From positions 32,756 to 96,755 of IMG/VR virus record IMGVR_UViG_3300013383_000004: a stretch of 64,000 bases of DNA; one strand, written 5' to 3'. How positions within the stretch are numbered: position 1 is the first letter of the stretch; the number at the start of each line of letters is the position of its first letter. The stretch comes from a virus (taxonomy: Duplodnaviria > Caudoviricetes). Below the pieces are notes generated by a model. It ran no database searches and was not told where the DNA came from. It saw only the letters and a list, made by a program, of their open reading frames with translations. A program made the translations under genes and the position numbers. This document shows positions 18,798 through 28,600 of this stretch, one piece after another.

Positions 18798-19949
18798 ATG
18801 AATACTGAAGAATTTAGTAATGAGTTTGATATACTTTATAACAGTATAACAAGTAACCAAGCTCCAGGACTAGATGAATATGAGAAAAGTGTATTTCTAA
18901 CTAGAGCACAAGAAGAATTAATTAGAAACTATTTTAATCCCCTTCATTCAAAAGATGGACAAGGGTTTGATGGTAATCAAAAGAGACAATATGATTTTAG
19001 CACACTATTATGTACTGCTGAACTTCAAGATGTTACAATGCTTGCAGAAGATGTTATTCCTAGTATAGATCCAAGTTTTAACTTTACATCTTTTGATTCT
19101 AGATCTTATATTTATAAAGCCCCTACAGATTTATTTTTATCTGTAAATGAGAGTATTGAAGATAGTGCTAAAAGAAAATATTCTGTATTGCCTATATCTT
19201 ATAATGAGTATATAAGACTAATTAGTAAACCCTATGGGTATCCTCTTAAAAGACAAGCGTGGAGATTAATAACTAATACTTCTTCTATATTAGCAGGATG
19301 GGGATGCCATACGTCTAGGAATAGAGGATTCTATGCTTTTAAAAGTAAGTATAATAAACCATTACTTATAACTGTAAATGTTTATTCTTCTACAAGCACT
19401 TCAGATTCTCTTATTGCACCTACCATTACAGAAAGTAGTGATATTGTAGATATAAAATTACAAGTTCCCTCTAATAGGTTTGTACAATATTGGACTAGTT
19501 ATTTAGCATCTGATTCTGCCTTAAAGAAGGCTGGACTAGATAAATATCTTTATCCTCTTAATTCTTCGAGTGGATTGTTTCCTACAAGTGATGATGTAAA
19601 AACATTTACTATAAATATAAGTAAAGCCTATAATGAGGATGCTTCTAAGGTTAAAGAATTGTTCTTTGAAATTATAGGTAAATTTAGTGGAACCTTTGAT
19701 TATACTATAAGATATGTAAGAACTCCTAAACCTATTATTTTAGTAAATTTAAATAATATAGGAGAGGGGCTATCTATAAAAGGGTATAACACTATTTCAG
19801 AATGTGAGCTTCCTGTCAATACTCATTATGAAGTACTTCAAAGGGCAGTAGAATTAGCCAAGGCTGCTTATCAAGGAGATGCTGCCTCAATACTTCAAGT
19901 AGGAAGTGCTAGTGGTACTGATATGGGCTATGTTAGTCAAAAGCAATGA
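18798..19949 (+). CDS. tail ring protein (crAss R4/5-like)
   Basis: EEFSNEFD..YN.I.SNQAPGLDEYEKSVFLT.AQ N-terminus; YVRTP.PIIL...CELP...H.E.LQRAVELA C-terminus. Confidence 0.75.
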   Translation: MNTEEFSNEFDILYNSITSNQAPGLDEYEKSVFLTRAQEELIRNYFNPLHSKDGQGFDGNQKRQYDFSTLLCTAELQDVTMLAEDVIPSIDPSFNFTSFDSRSYIYKAPTDLFLSVNESIEDSAKRKYSVLPISYNEYIRLISKPYGYPLKRQAWRLITNTSSILAGWGCHTSRNRGFYAFKSKYNKPLLITVNVYSSTSTSDSLIAPTITESSDIVDIKLQVPSNRFVQYWTSYLASDSALKKAGLDKYLYPLNSSSGLFPTSDDVKTFTINISKAYNEDASKVKELFFEIIGKFSGTFDYTIRYVRTPKPIILVNLNNIGEGLSIKGYNTISECELPVNTHYEVLQRAVELAKAAYQGDAASILQVGSASGTDMGYVSQKQ

Positions 19950-20635
19950 ATACAGAAGAATTTTCTAATGAATTTGATACTCTATTAAATAGTTATACTA
20001 ATACTTATCAAGGAAATCTTAATTTTGATGAGTATGAGAAGTCTGTATTTTTAACTAAAGCTCAAGAGGATATAGTAATAGGATTATATGATGGTAATAA
20101 TATATTATCAGATACTATAGAAAAAACTGAAGAGAACAGAAGGTATTTAAGTAATTTAATACATACTTATATAACTTCTGACAAGAAAGAAGGTCCTATA
20201 AAAATATCTAAGGACTCAGTGTTCTTTCAGTTACCTGATGATTTATGGTTTATTACCTATGAGTCTGTAACACTTAAAGATGATACTTTAGGATGTAAGA
20301 ATGGTGAAAATATTCCTGTAATACCTGTAACTCAAGATGAGTATAGTATAATTAAGGAAAATCCTTTTAGAGGAGCAAGTAATAGAAGAGCTTTAAGATT
20401 AGATGTAGATAATAATATTGTAGAGATAATATCAAAATATAATATAGACAAGTATCTAGTTAGGTATTTATCTAAACCATCTCCAATTATATTAACTGAC
20501 TTTACAGACTCTCTGTCTATTAATGGAGAAAAAATAAAAACAGATTGTAATTTAAATCCTGTATTACATAGGTCTATACTTGAAAGAGCAGTTAAATTAG
20601 CTGTTATGAGTAGAGTAAATAGAACAGGATCTTAA
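19946..20635 (+). CDS. tail ring protein (crAss R3-like), paralog of the previous gene
   Basis: Same MNTEEFSNEFD / DEYEKSVFLT.AQE and P.PIIL...C.L...H..ILERAV motifs. Confidence 0.75.
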   Translation: MNTEEFSNEFDTLLNSYTNTYQGNLNFDEYEKSVFLTKAQEDIVIGLYDGNNILSDTIEKTEENRRYLSNLIHTYITSDKKEGPIKISKDSVFFQLPDDLWFITYESVTLKDDTLGCKNGENIPVIPVTQDEYSIIKENPFRGASNRRALRLDVDNNIVEIISKYNIDKYLVRYLSKPSPIILTDFTDSLSINGEKIKTDCNLNPVLHRSILERAVKLAVMSRVNRTGS

Positions 20636-20661
20636 AAGTGTATAATTTAATTTAAATTAAA

Positions 20662-21726
20662 ATGGCAACATTTTCAACAAATCAAGTAAGACAGCTTTAT
20701 GTAGCAAAAAGCACAAAGAGTGATGTAACTTCTGTAGATAGTGCCGGCACTATTGCAGTTAAAGGAAGTACTGCAAAGGGTACTTTATACTTTAAGTATA
20801 AAGGTGCAGATACTATAATGAGAAGTGATTTAATTAATATTGATAACATTCTCTATGCAAAGGCTACTGATGCTGATAATATGGCTTATCAGATGAGTAC
20901 TTTCAAAGTAACTCTTGATAGTGCTATTAATGGTGGTGATCTTATTATAGGTCAAGATTACATCCTTAGAGTGGCATTTAAACAATACATAGGAATATCT
21001 GACAAAGACCAGTACTTTAAATATGGTATGGTTCATGCTTATAAAGGTATGACAGCGTCTGATTTTTACAAGGTTCTTGCAGAGTCATTGGCTAAAAATT
21101 TTGTTAGGGAGGCTGTTCCTTTGGTAGATATTTCTTTGGTAGATCATGATACTTCAAAAGGAGATACCACTGATACTGATGTAGTAACTCCTGTACTAAA
21201 AAAAGGTGAAATACAAACCCTTACTACTCTTGCAAGTGGACATGCTTATACAGCAGTACTTATTAGTGAGGTAGAACAACCATGGGAATTGGGCATTAAA
21301 AAGCAAACTCCTGTAATCTTTGATGTTTATGCTACTAGCATTGTTTGGGATGGAGATGATGTTATTTGGGGCAAAGCAGAGAAGATAAACAGTAATAATA
21401 AAATAGAGAATGGCCATATAATTGCAGATCTTGAGTACTTCTGTATGGGAGAGAGAGGAGATCAGTATAGAAATATGGGATGGCCCAATGTTATTAAGAC
21501 TAAATATCTTGTAGATCCAACTCAGAAGTATAATACTATTGACATTCACTATGCTTATGTAGGTGATGGTATTAGTGTACAGAAATCTGAGAAGGATATT
21601 ACTATTGTTGTTCCTAAGGTTGGTGCAACCAATAGTGTTAGCAATGCACTTACCAATACTATTATTGGGGCTATTAACACTGCTACAGGTCTCAGTATTG
21701 CTGAACTTGACAAGTCAGCAGGCTAA
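20662..21726 (+). CDS. auxiliary capsid protein-like
   Basis: MATFSTNQVRQLYVA start and ADLEYFCMGERGDQYR motif; syntenic position; followed by a terminator. Confidence 0.7.
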   Translation: MATFSTNQVRQLYVAKSTKSDVTSVDSAGTIAVKGSTAKGTLYFKYKGADTIMRSDLINIDNILYAKATDADNMAYQMSTFKVTLDSAINGGDLIIGQDYILRVAFKQYIGISDKDQYFKYGMVHAYKGMTASDFYKVLAESLAKNFVREAVPLVDISLVDHDTSKGDTTDTDVVTPVLKKGEIQTLTTLASGHAYTAVLISEVEQPWELGIKKQTPVIFDVYATSIVWDGDDVIWGKAEKINSNNKIENGHIIADLEYFCMGERGDQYRNMGWPNVIKTKYLVDPTQKYNTIDIHYAYVGDGISVQKSEKDITIVVPKVGATNSVSNALTNTIIGAINTATGLSIAELDKSAG

Positions 21727-21733
21727 AAATAAT

Positions 21734-21768
21734 ATAAGGTAGGTATAAAAACCTACCTTATTTTGTTT
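21734..21768 (+). terminator. intrinsic terminator
   Basis: ATAAGGTAGGT-ATAAAA-ACCTACCTTAT hairpin followed by TTTGTTT. Confidence 0.75.
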
Positions 21769-21785
21769 AATATAAACATTAAACC

Positions 21786-22340
21786 ATGTTACATTTTAAT
21801 AATCTATATATTACAGAAGATGGTAAAAATCTTGTTATTGATGTAGCAATAGATGATATGTCTTATTTTAAAGATGTTTACTTAAATTCTATTGCTATTG
21901 ATACTCAAGATTCTTATGTTGAAGGAGGCCCAAGTAAAAAAGCTGTTATATTTCAATTTTTAAAAGATAATAAAATAAAAGAAAAGCAACTTATAGTAGA
22001 TGCTACAGCTTTAGGAGGCGATTTAAATAAAAAAATGTTTTTTGTTTATGCTACTACTATAGGTACTCCAACATCAGACACTCCCTGTGGTTATGATGAA
22101 AATATTATATTAGGTGTAGTATATAACACTTATCCTATATATAACTCTATTATATCAATAGTAAAAAATTTAGAAGAAGATTGTTCTGAACCAATACCTC
22201 TTATTAATAGAGTATTACAAGTAAAAGTTATAGAATATGCTATTAAAACACATAGATATTCTATAGCAATTAAATATTGGAAAAAATTCTTTATGGATGA
22301 TTCTACTCTATCTATAAATAAATGTAAGTGTAATGGATGA
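21786..22340 (+). CDS. tail hub protein A-like
   Basis: Synteny with crAss tail module; MLHFNNLYIT.DGK.L.IDV start, TPCG motif. Confidence 0.55.
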   Translation: MLHFNNLYITEDGKNLVIDVAIDDMSYFKDVYLNSIAIDTQDSYVEGGPSKKAVIFQFLKDNKIKEKQLIVDATALGGDLNKKMFFVYATTIGTPTSDTPCGYDENIILGVVYNTYPIYNSIISIVKNLEEDCSEPIPLINRVLQVKVIEYAIKTHRYSIAIKYWKKFFMDDSTLSINKCKCNG

Positions 22341-22674
22341 ATTTAATTATATAATATCAGATAACTTAGACAAGTTATTCTCTAAATTATCAAGATTAGG
22401 TACTTTAGATTCATGTACTATTAATAATAGTATAGCTGTCATATTTCTATGGGAATTACTCGATAGTTATAGTGCATATATAACAGAAGAAGATTATACA
22501 TCTATTTTAAGGGCTATTAACTGTATCTCTAGTAATATATGTTCTATAGCTCTTCCTACATTCAATCAGTATAAAACATACTTAAATACAAGAACTATAC
22601 CTAACACAATAAAACTTACTGAAGACTCATTAGGAAGGTTCTTAGAAAATGGTAGACAAAGAGTATTAGATTAG
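22333..22674 (+). CDS. tail hub protein B-like
   Basis: Synteny; overlaps previous gene; ITEEDY..I..A..C motif. Confidence 0.5.
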   Translation: MDEFNYIISDNLDKLFSKLSRLGTLDSCTINNSIAVIFLWELLDSYSAYITEEDYTSILRAINCISSNICSIALPTFNQYKTYLNTRTIPNTIKLTEDSLGRFLENGRQRVLD

Positions 22675-22696
22675 TCTTAATTAATTAATTAACCTC

Positions 22697-22727
22697 TTGT
22701 ATATAAGATATATATTTAGTATCTTTG
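22697..22727 (+). promoter_or_regulatory. sigmaA-type promoter
   Basis: TTG (22697-99), 20-nt spacer, TATCTTTG (22720-27); implies the downstream gene starts at ATG 22754, not 22697. Confidence 0.7.
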
Positions 22728-22753
22728 TACAAGAGTTTTTTATATATAGTAAT

Positions 22754-23473
22754 ATGACATACAAAGAAATAATATATATGTGTTTAGATGCTCTGAAGAT
22801 TACTTCAGATGACTCTGTTTATAATGAAATGCACATTCTTTTCTTATTAAATAAATATAGAAGTCTTTTCTTGCAACAAAGATATTCAGATGTAAGAAAA
22901 CCAATGCCAGAGAGTAATTACCAAACAATATGCTTAGATTTAATTCAAGATAGCTCACAATCTATAGATAATTGTAATCAAAATATTCTTAAATCTAAAG
23001 ATAAGATACCTAGCTTATTAAATGTAGGTAATGCAGAAGTGTTTCCTTTAGATTATTATTTAGGGAATATTACTTTAGTATCTTACAATAGAATGAAATT
23101 TGTAGGATACAATAAATGGTTAAAAAATATTATTTACTGTTCTATAGGCCCAGATAATTACTTATATTTTAAGTCTGCTGCTCCTACTTACAGTCAACTA
23201 GAAAAAGTGCAATTAAAAGGTGTTTTTGAAAATCCTGAAGAAGCAAGCAAGTTAACTTGTAATGAATCAAATATTTGTGATGCTTTTGATAAAGAATATC
23301 CTATTGAAGAAGCCTTAGCCTCTCAATTAATAGAGACAGTAGTTAAGTTTATGACCAGTGGCTTGTATAAACCGGAGGATACTGAGAATAATGCTAGTGA
23401 TGATATGTCTTCTATGGTAGCATTTATTAGAAAATATATGAAGTCTGACTTACAGAAACAAATAGAAGGATAA
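22754..23473 (+). CDS. tail ring protein (crAss R2-like)
   Basis: MTYKEIIYMCLD.LK..SDDS, ESNYQTICLDL, GVFENP, D..NNA.DD motifs; synteny. Confidence 0.7.
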   Translation: MTYKEIIYMCLDALKITSDDSVYNEMHILFLLNKYRSLFLQQRYSDVRKPMPESNYQTICLDLIQDSSQSIDNCNQNILKSKDKIPSLLNVGNAEVFPLDYYLGNITLVSYNRMKFVGYNKWLKNIIYCSIGPDNYLYFKSAAPTYSQLEKVQLKGVFENPEEASKLTCNESNICDAFDKEYPIEEALASQLIETVVKFMTSGLYKPEDTENNASDDMSSMVAFIRKYMKSDLQKQIEG

Positions 23474-24006
23474 TGGATGACTTTAGAAAGAAAGTACTTA
23501 AGGTAGACAAACATAGGACTCATAAGATAAACAATTCTTTAGGAGTGTATGATGCCTATAAGTGGCTAAGAAAGAACAGATGGTTAAATGTTGGAGCTAT
23601 TTCAGAGCATAATTATTATGCTATAATAAGAGCTGTGAATAAATCTATGGCACTTAAATTTCTGACAATAGGATCTATAAGATTACCTGAATACATGGGA
23701 GAAATAACTTTAAGGAAATATCCTACTAAGATAACTTTAAGTAATGGTAAATTACAAACTAATCTTCCTATAGATTGGGATGCTACTCTTACTTTATGGG
23801 CAGAGGATAAAGAGTCTTATGAAAAAAGAACTTTAGTCAAAGCAGAGGAAAAAGAAGTTTTTAAAGTACTCTATAATAAAAATAAAGCACTATATAACAA
23901 TAAAACTTTCTACAGCTTTGAGCTTAATAGAACTATTAAAAAGGCTCTGAAAGATAAATTAAAAACAGGACAATTAGATGCTTTTATGTTATGTGGAAAG
24001 ATTTGA
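23473..24006 (+). CDS. putative IHF/HU-like DNA-binding protein
   Basis: Basic 177-aa protein with LP..MGEITLRK...IDW.AT..LW; syntenic position in crAss tail module. Confidence 0.5.
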   Translation: MDDFRKKVLKVDKHRTHKINNSLGVYDAYKWLRKNRWLNVGAISEHNYYAIIRAVNKSMALKFLTIGSIRLPEYMGEITLRKYPTKITLSNGKLQTNLPIDWDATLTLWAEDKESYEKRTLVKAEEKEVFKVLYNKNKALYNNKTFYSFELNRTIKKALKDKLKTGQLDAFMLCGKI

Positions 24007-24953
24007 ATATGAAAGAAAAAGCAGCATTTATTAGAGTTGCGGTAAATAATGGCATAGTTGATATTGATGATATAGCAAACAGATATAATGAAATTATAGC
24101 TGATAGAGAGGATACTCTTAGCTCTCCAAAGGAAACAGAAAGTATAGACAATGACACAAGTTATATATATGCTAAAGGAGGAAGAAAATCAAGAGGAAAT
24201 CCTAATGCTGCTAGAGCATTGCAGTTTTTTATGAATAAAGGATTAACTAAACAACAAGCAGCAGGTATAGTAGGCAATTTTATGGTAGAATCTGGAATGA
24301 ATGCCTCTGCTGTAAATCCTTATAGTGGAGCTTATGGTATAGCTCAATGGTTAGGTGGTAGAAAGAAGGCATTATTTAAGAGATATGGCAACAAGCCTTC
24401 ATTAGATCAACAATTGGCTTTTGTATGGGATGAATTAAACTCTTCACATTCTAATGGATTGAAGATGATAAGGCAGAGTAAAAATGTTAGCGATGCTGCT
24501 GCTAATGCTTTTGGTTATTATGAATTTAGTGCGGGTCCTCAAGCTGCTGTAAGAGCAATGAATGCTAGTGGAATGAATACTAAATGGAAAAATCCTAATG
24601 GTACCAAAAGACTTAATCAAGGAATTAAAAATGCTAATATACTATTAGGAATGAATCCCAATTACAACCCTGCATATAATATTCCTCCTATAAGTACTAC
24701 TATAAATCTACAATCTCCAATAAACTTACCTATTGACAATGAGCCTATAGAAATACCACAATTAAAATTTGGGGTAGCTACATCTGATGAACCTAAAGAT
24801 AATAAAGAGGATTTATTTGAAACAGATATTCTGCAAGAAGAGCCTCAAAATAATTTCAATGACTTATATAATATAATGGGATTATTAAAAAGTATAGGAA
24901 GGCCTTCTGAGAGACAAAATAATGGAATTAATAATTATTCAATACATATATAA
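23991..24953 (+). CDS. virion protein with phage tail-type lysozyme domain
   Basis: FFMNKGLTKQQAAGIVGNFMVESG...GAYGIAQW.G.R...L...QL.F...EL (Phage_lysozyme2-like). Confidence 0.8.
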   Translation: MWKDLNMKEKAAFIRVAVNNGIVDIDDIANRYNEIIADREDTLSSPKETESIDNDTSYIYAKGGRKSRGNPNAARALQFFMNKGLTKQQAAGIVGNFMVESGMNASAVNPYSGAYGIAQWLGGRKKALFKRYGNKPSLDQQLAFVWDELNSSHSNGLKMIRQSKNVSDAAANAFGYYEFSAGPQAAVRAMNASGMNTKWKNPNGTKRLNQGIKNANILLGMNPNYNPAYNIPPISTTINLQSPINLPIDNEPIEIPQLKFGVATSDEPKDNKEDLFETDILQEEPQNNFNDLYNIMGLLKSIGRPSERQNNGINNYSIHI

Positions 24954-25627
24954 TGAATGAGTTTATATCAATTAGAAGAATATTAGATGACTTGCTAGAC
25001 AATCCTCTACTTCAAGATTTAACACTTGAAAGAGTAGTAAACTATACTGTAGAGTTTATTAGAAAAGTAGGAATGCCTAAAGTATACTTAGATAAAACTG
25101 TAGAATTAAATATTAAAGACTATAGAGCACCACTTCCTTGTGATTTAGTAAGTATCATACAAGTGAAAGATAAGAAGCTTGATTTGGCATTAAGATCTAA
25201 TTCAGATAGTTTTTATTTGTTTAGTAAAGAATCTAATGGTTATACTTATAAAGTACAAGGAGGGATAATTTACACATCAATGAAAGAAGCTGTACTCATA
25301 GTAGCTTATAAAGCTATTCCTATAGATTGTGATGGATACCCTATGATATTAGATAATAGTTCCTTTATTGAAGCTTTAGAATTATACATTACTAAAAAGA
25401 GATATAAAATACTATTTGATGTAAGTAAGTTGAGAGGAGATGTGTATAGTTCTACTTGTCAAGATTATGCTTTTGCAGTAGGACAAGCACAGAGTAGTTT
25501 AATTATGCCATCTATTGATGAATTGCAGAGCATTAGTAATATGTGGAACTCTGTTTTAGCTAGAGTAGATGAACATACTAATGGCTTTAGTAATAATGGC
25601 TCTAAAAATGTTTTAAAAGTACAATGA
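24953..25627 (+). CDS. tail ring protein (crAss R1-like, tail tubular)
   Basis: YRA.LPCD, Y.AIP.D.DG.P.I.DN..F..ALE.YI motifs; precedes muzzle. Confidence 0.7.
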   Translation: MNEFISIRRILDDLLDNPLLQDLTLERVVNYTVEFIRKVGMPKVYLDKTVELNIKDYRAPLPCDLVSIIQVKDKKLDLALRSNSDSFYLFSKESNGYTYKVQGGIIYTSMKEAVLIVAYKAIPIDCDGYPMILDNSSFIEALELYITKKRYKILFDVSKLRGDVYSSTCQDYAFAVGQAQSSLIMPSIDELQSISNMWNSVLARVDEHTNGFSNNGSKNVLKVQ

Positions 25628-28600
25628 TAAAGCAGGATAACCATGTTTTTCAAGGAATAAAACAAGATAGTTCTCCTATTACACAGGAGTCTAAATTTCT
25701 TTGGGATGCATTTAATATAAGATTTACAATCAGAGATTATAACACCTCTACTTTAACAATGACTAATGAAAGAGGCACAACATTTGTAAGTGAAATGAAA
25801 GGTGTTTATGTTGGTTATTGTACAGTAGGCAGTTATCTAGTTGTATTTACATCCTTTACAGAAAATAATGAGCATACAAACTATATTTATAGAATAGGAA
25901 ACAATGCTTTAGGAAGGGTAGATAATATATATATAGGTAATCTCAATATAAGACCTGAGAATGAGTTACAAACACTAGGAATCTATGAAGGAGATTTAGT
26001 ACAAAAAGTATATTGGGTAGATGGTGTAAATCAGCCTAGAGTAATTAATATTATGGCTGATAAATTACTTTACAATAAAGATTACCCAGATTTATCTGTG
26101 ATAGAAAAATCAAAACTTTACCCAAAAGGATGTTTTGATTTTGTACAGGAGCTTTCTCTTGATGAAGAAATTTCTGTTAAAAGAGAAGAAGGGGGAGGTA
26201 CTTTTTCACCCGGTATTATACAATATGCTTTTTCTTATTATAATAAATATGGTCAAGAGAGTAATATTTTTTATACTACTGAGTTATTTAATATTTCCTA
26301 TGTTACTAGAGGAGGAAGTCCAGAAGATGTTGTATCTAATTCTTTCCATATATCTGTAAAGAATCTTGAGACTAATTTTCAATATTTAAGAATATATTCT
26401 ATACATAGAACATCTCTTAATGCTACACCTAATGTCAAGATAGTTACTGACATAGAACTTAGTAGTGCAGGGGCATCTGAGTCTGCTGAAATATTATATA
26501 TTGATACAGGCACAACAGGTGATAACATAGACCCTTCTAAGATGTTATATATAGGAGGAGAATCTATTATTGCAAGTACTATTACTGAGAAAGATAATAC
26601 TTTATTTTTAGGAAACATAGAACTTAAAAAAGATTATATTCCTAGTGCTGTAAAAGAAAGTCTTAGGGAATTATTTAAAAATGATAATGTAGAACATACA
26701 ACAAGAACTATAACATTTAAAAATATTGATGATGATAGTTCTTTATATGATTATAATAATCAATTAATAGCAGGTAATACATCTACTTTTAAAGTAGGAG
26801 ATACTTATAGATTAGGATTACAGTTTCAATATAAAAATGGAAAATGGTCAGAACCTTGTTGGCTAGGTGATTACACAGTACCAAGATATAATAAACCACA
26901 TAGAGGTAAAGATAAAAGTGGTAATGATACTCTTACAGTCCCTAGTATGTTCATTAGTAATTTAGGCAAATCTAATATTGATACATTAAGCGAACTAGGC
27001 TATAAAAAAGTTAGACCTTTAGTTGTTTTACCAACTACTTATGACAGAACAGTGTTAGCACAAGGGATATTATGTCCTACTGTATTTAATGCAAAAGAGA
27101 GATACTCTAATACTCCTTTTGCTCAATCATCATGGTTCTTTAGACCTATATCTGCACAAGCAACTAATAGTACAGGAATAGAGAATGGAGCTACAGTAGC
27201 ATTTAAACATCTAGAGCCATTATTCAGTGAAGATAATAGAGGAGCAGAAATTCAAAATATGCCTTATCTTCCATTTGATTATGTTAATAGAGAAGTAAAA
27301 AACAATAATACTTCTATCAATGCTTTTTATGTAGATCAATCTATACTTACTATGCACTCTCCTGATATAGAGTTTGATGATAGTACAAAACAAGCATTAG
27401 AGGGCAATGATTTTGAACTTGACATAGTGGGAGTAGCATCTTTTAAAAATAATGCTGGGGATATATCTATTCAAACTTCTTCTGCTGTACCTGCACCTGG
27501 TGATGAAGGATTTTTTCATAAGTCTTTCTTTACTACTAACTATGAAAATAAAGGAATGGTAGCAGGAATGTTTTATAAAAGTCATCTTGTAGATGAGAAT
27601 GAGAATGCAGCAGAGTATTCTCCTTACTTAGCTAATGATAAAAATTGGGAATTTAATTTTCTTGTTTACCCTTGGCATAGAAGTGGATCTTTAAATAATG
27701 ATTGTACTAGACCAGAAGGAAAGGGTGTTAGGACATCTGTTTTAAAGAGAAAAGTAATATCTAATCTTAGATTTTCTCCAGATACTGCATGGTTAGATAA
27801 TATATGGACAGCAGAGAAAACAGAAGGCAGTGCAAAAAATGGTATAACTCCAGTATCTATATTTAACAGCAATGAAGTGTCCCTCATTAAAATTCCTGTA
27901 CCAAAGAACTCTGGTATAAAGGCTTTAAATTATTATGGTAATATTGACACTTTAGTTACAACAAATATAGATTATAGTTTTTATGTATGCCCTTCTAATG
28001 TTGTAAAAGATCCTTTTACATCAAGTTTACAAAATATTAGTAAGGACTATGCATCTTTATCTTCAGGAGGTAGTTTTGTAGGAGATTACAATCCTCAATT
28101 AAAAACTACAAAAGAGCCTGTCAGAATGAAATATAAATCTACTCCTCATGCTGTCTTTGCTTTTAATTATAGTGATGTGGAAACTCCTGTAATATTACCT
28201 AAATTAAATGACCTTAATGTATTTGATACTGTTCTTATTAATCCATTTTGGAGTAGTAATCAGTCTGTAGACCCTAGATTTGATAATCCTATAATAGCTG
28301 AAATAGCAGATAGTACAATATCTATGTCTTGGGAAAAAACACCTAGTGAAATAGAGAAGGAAATTAAAGAAACTTTATTAAAAAAATATCCTAATGCAGA
28401 AAATGGATATTATGCTATATGCAGTTGTTCTTCAAGACTGGGAAATGTATCTTTAGCAGATCTTTATAAACTAACTATAACTACAAAAACTGATCAAAAT
28501 AGTGCAGGGGGGCAAACTATAACCACTATTAAATCATGGGATAAGATAAAATTAGAAGAGAAAGATGTTGGTACTATATACCAATATAAAGGTACTAATT

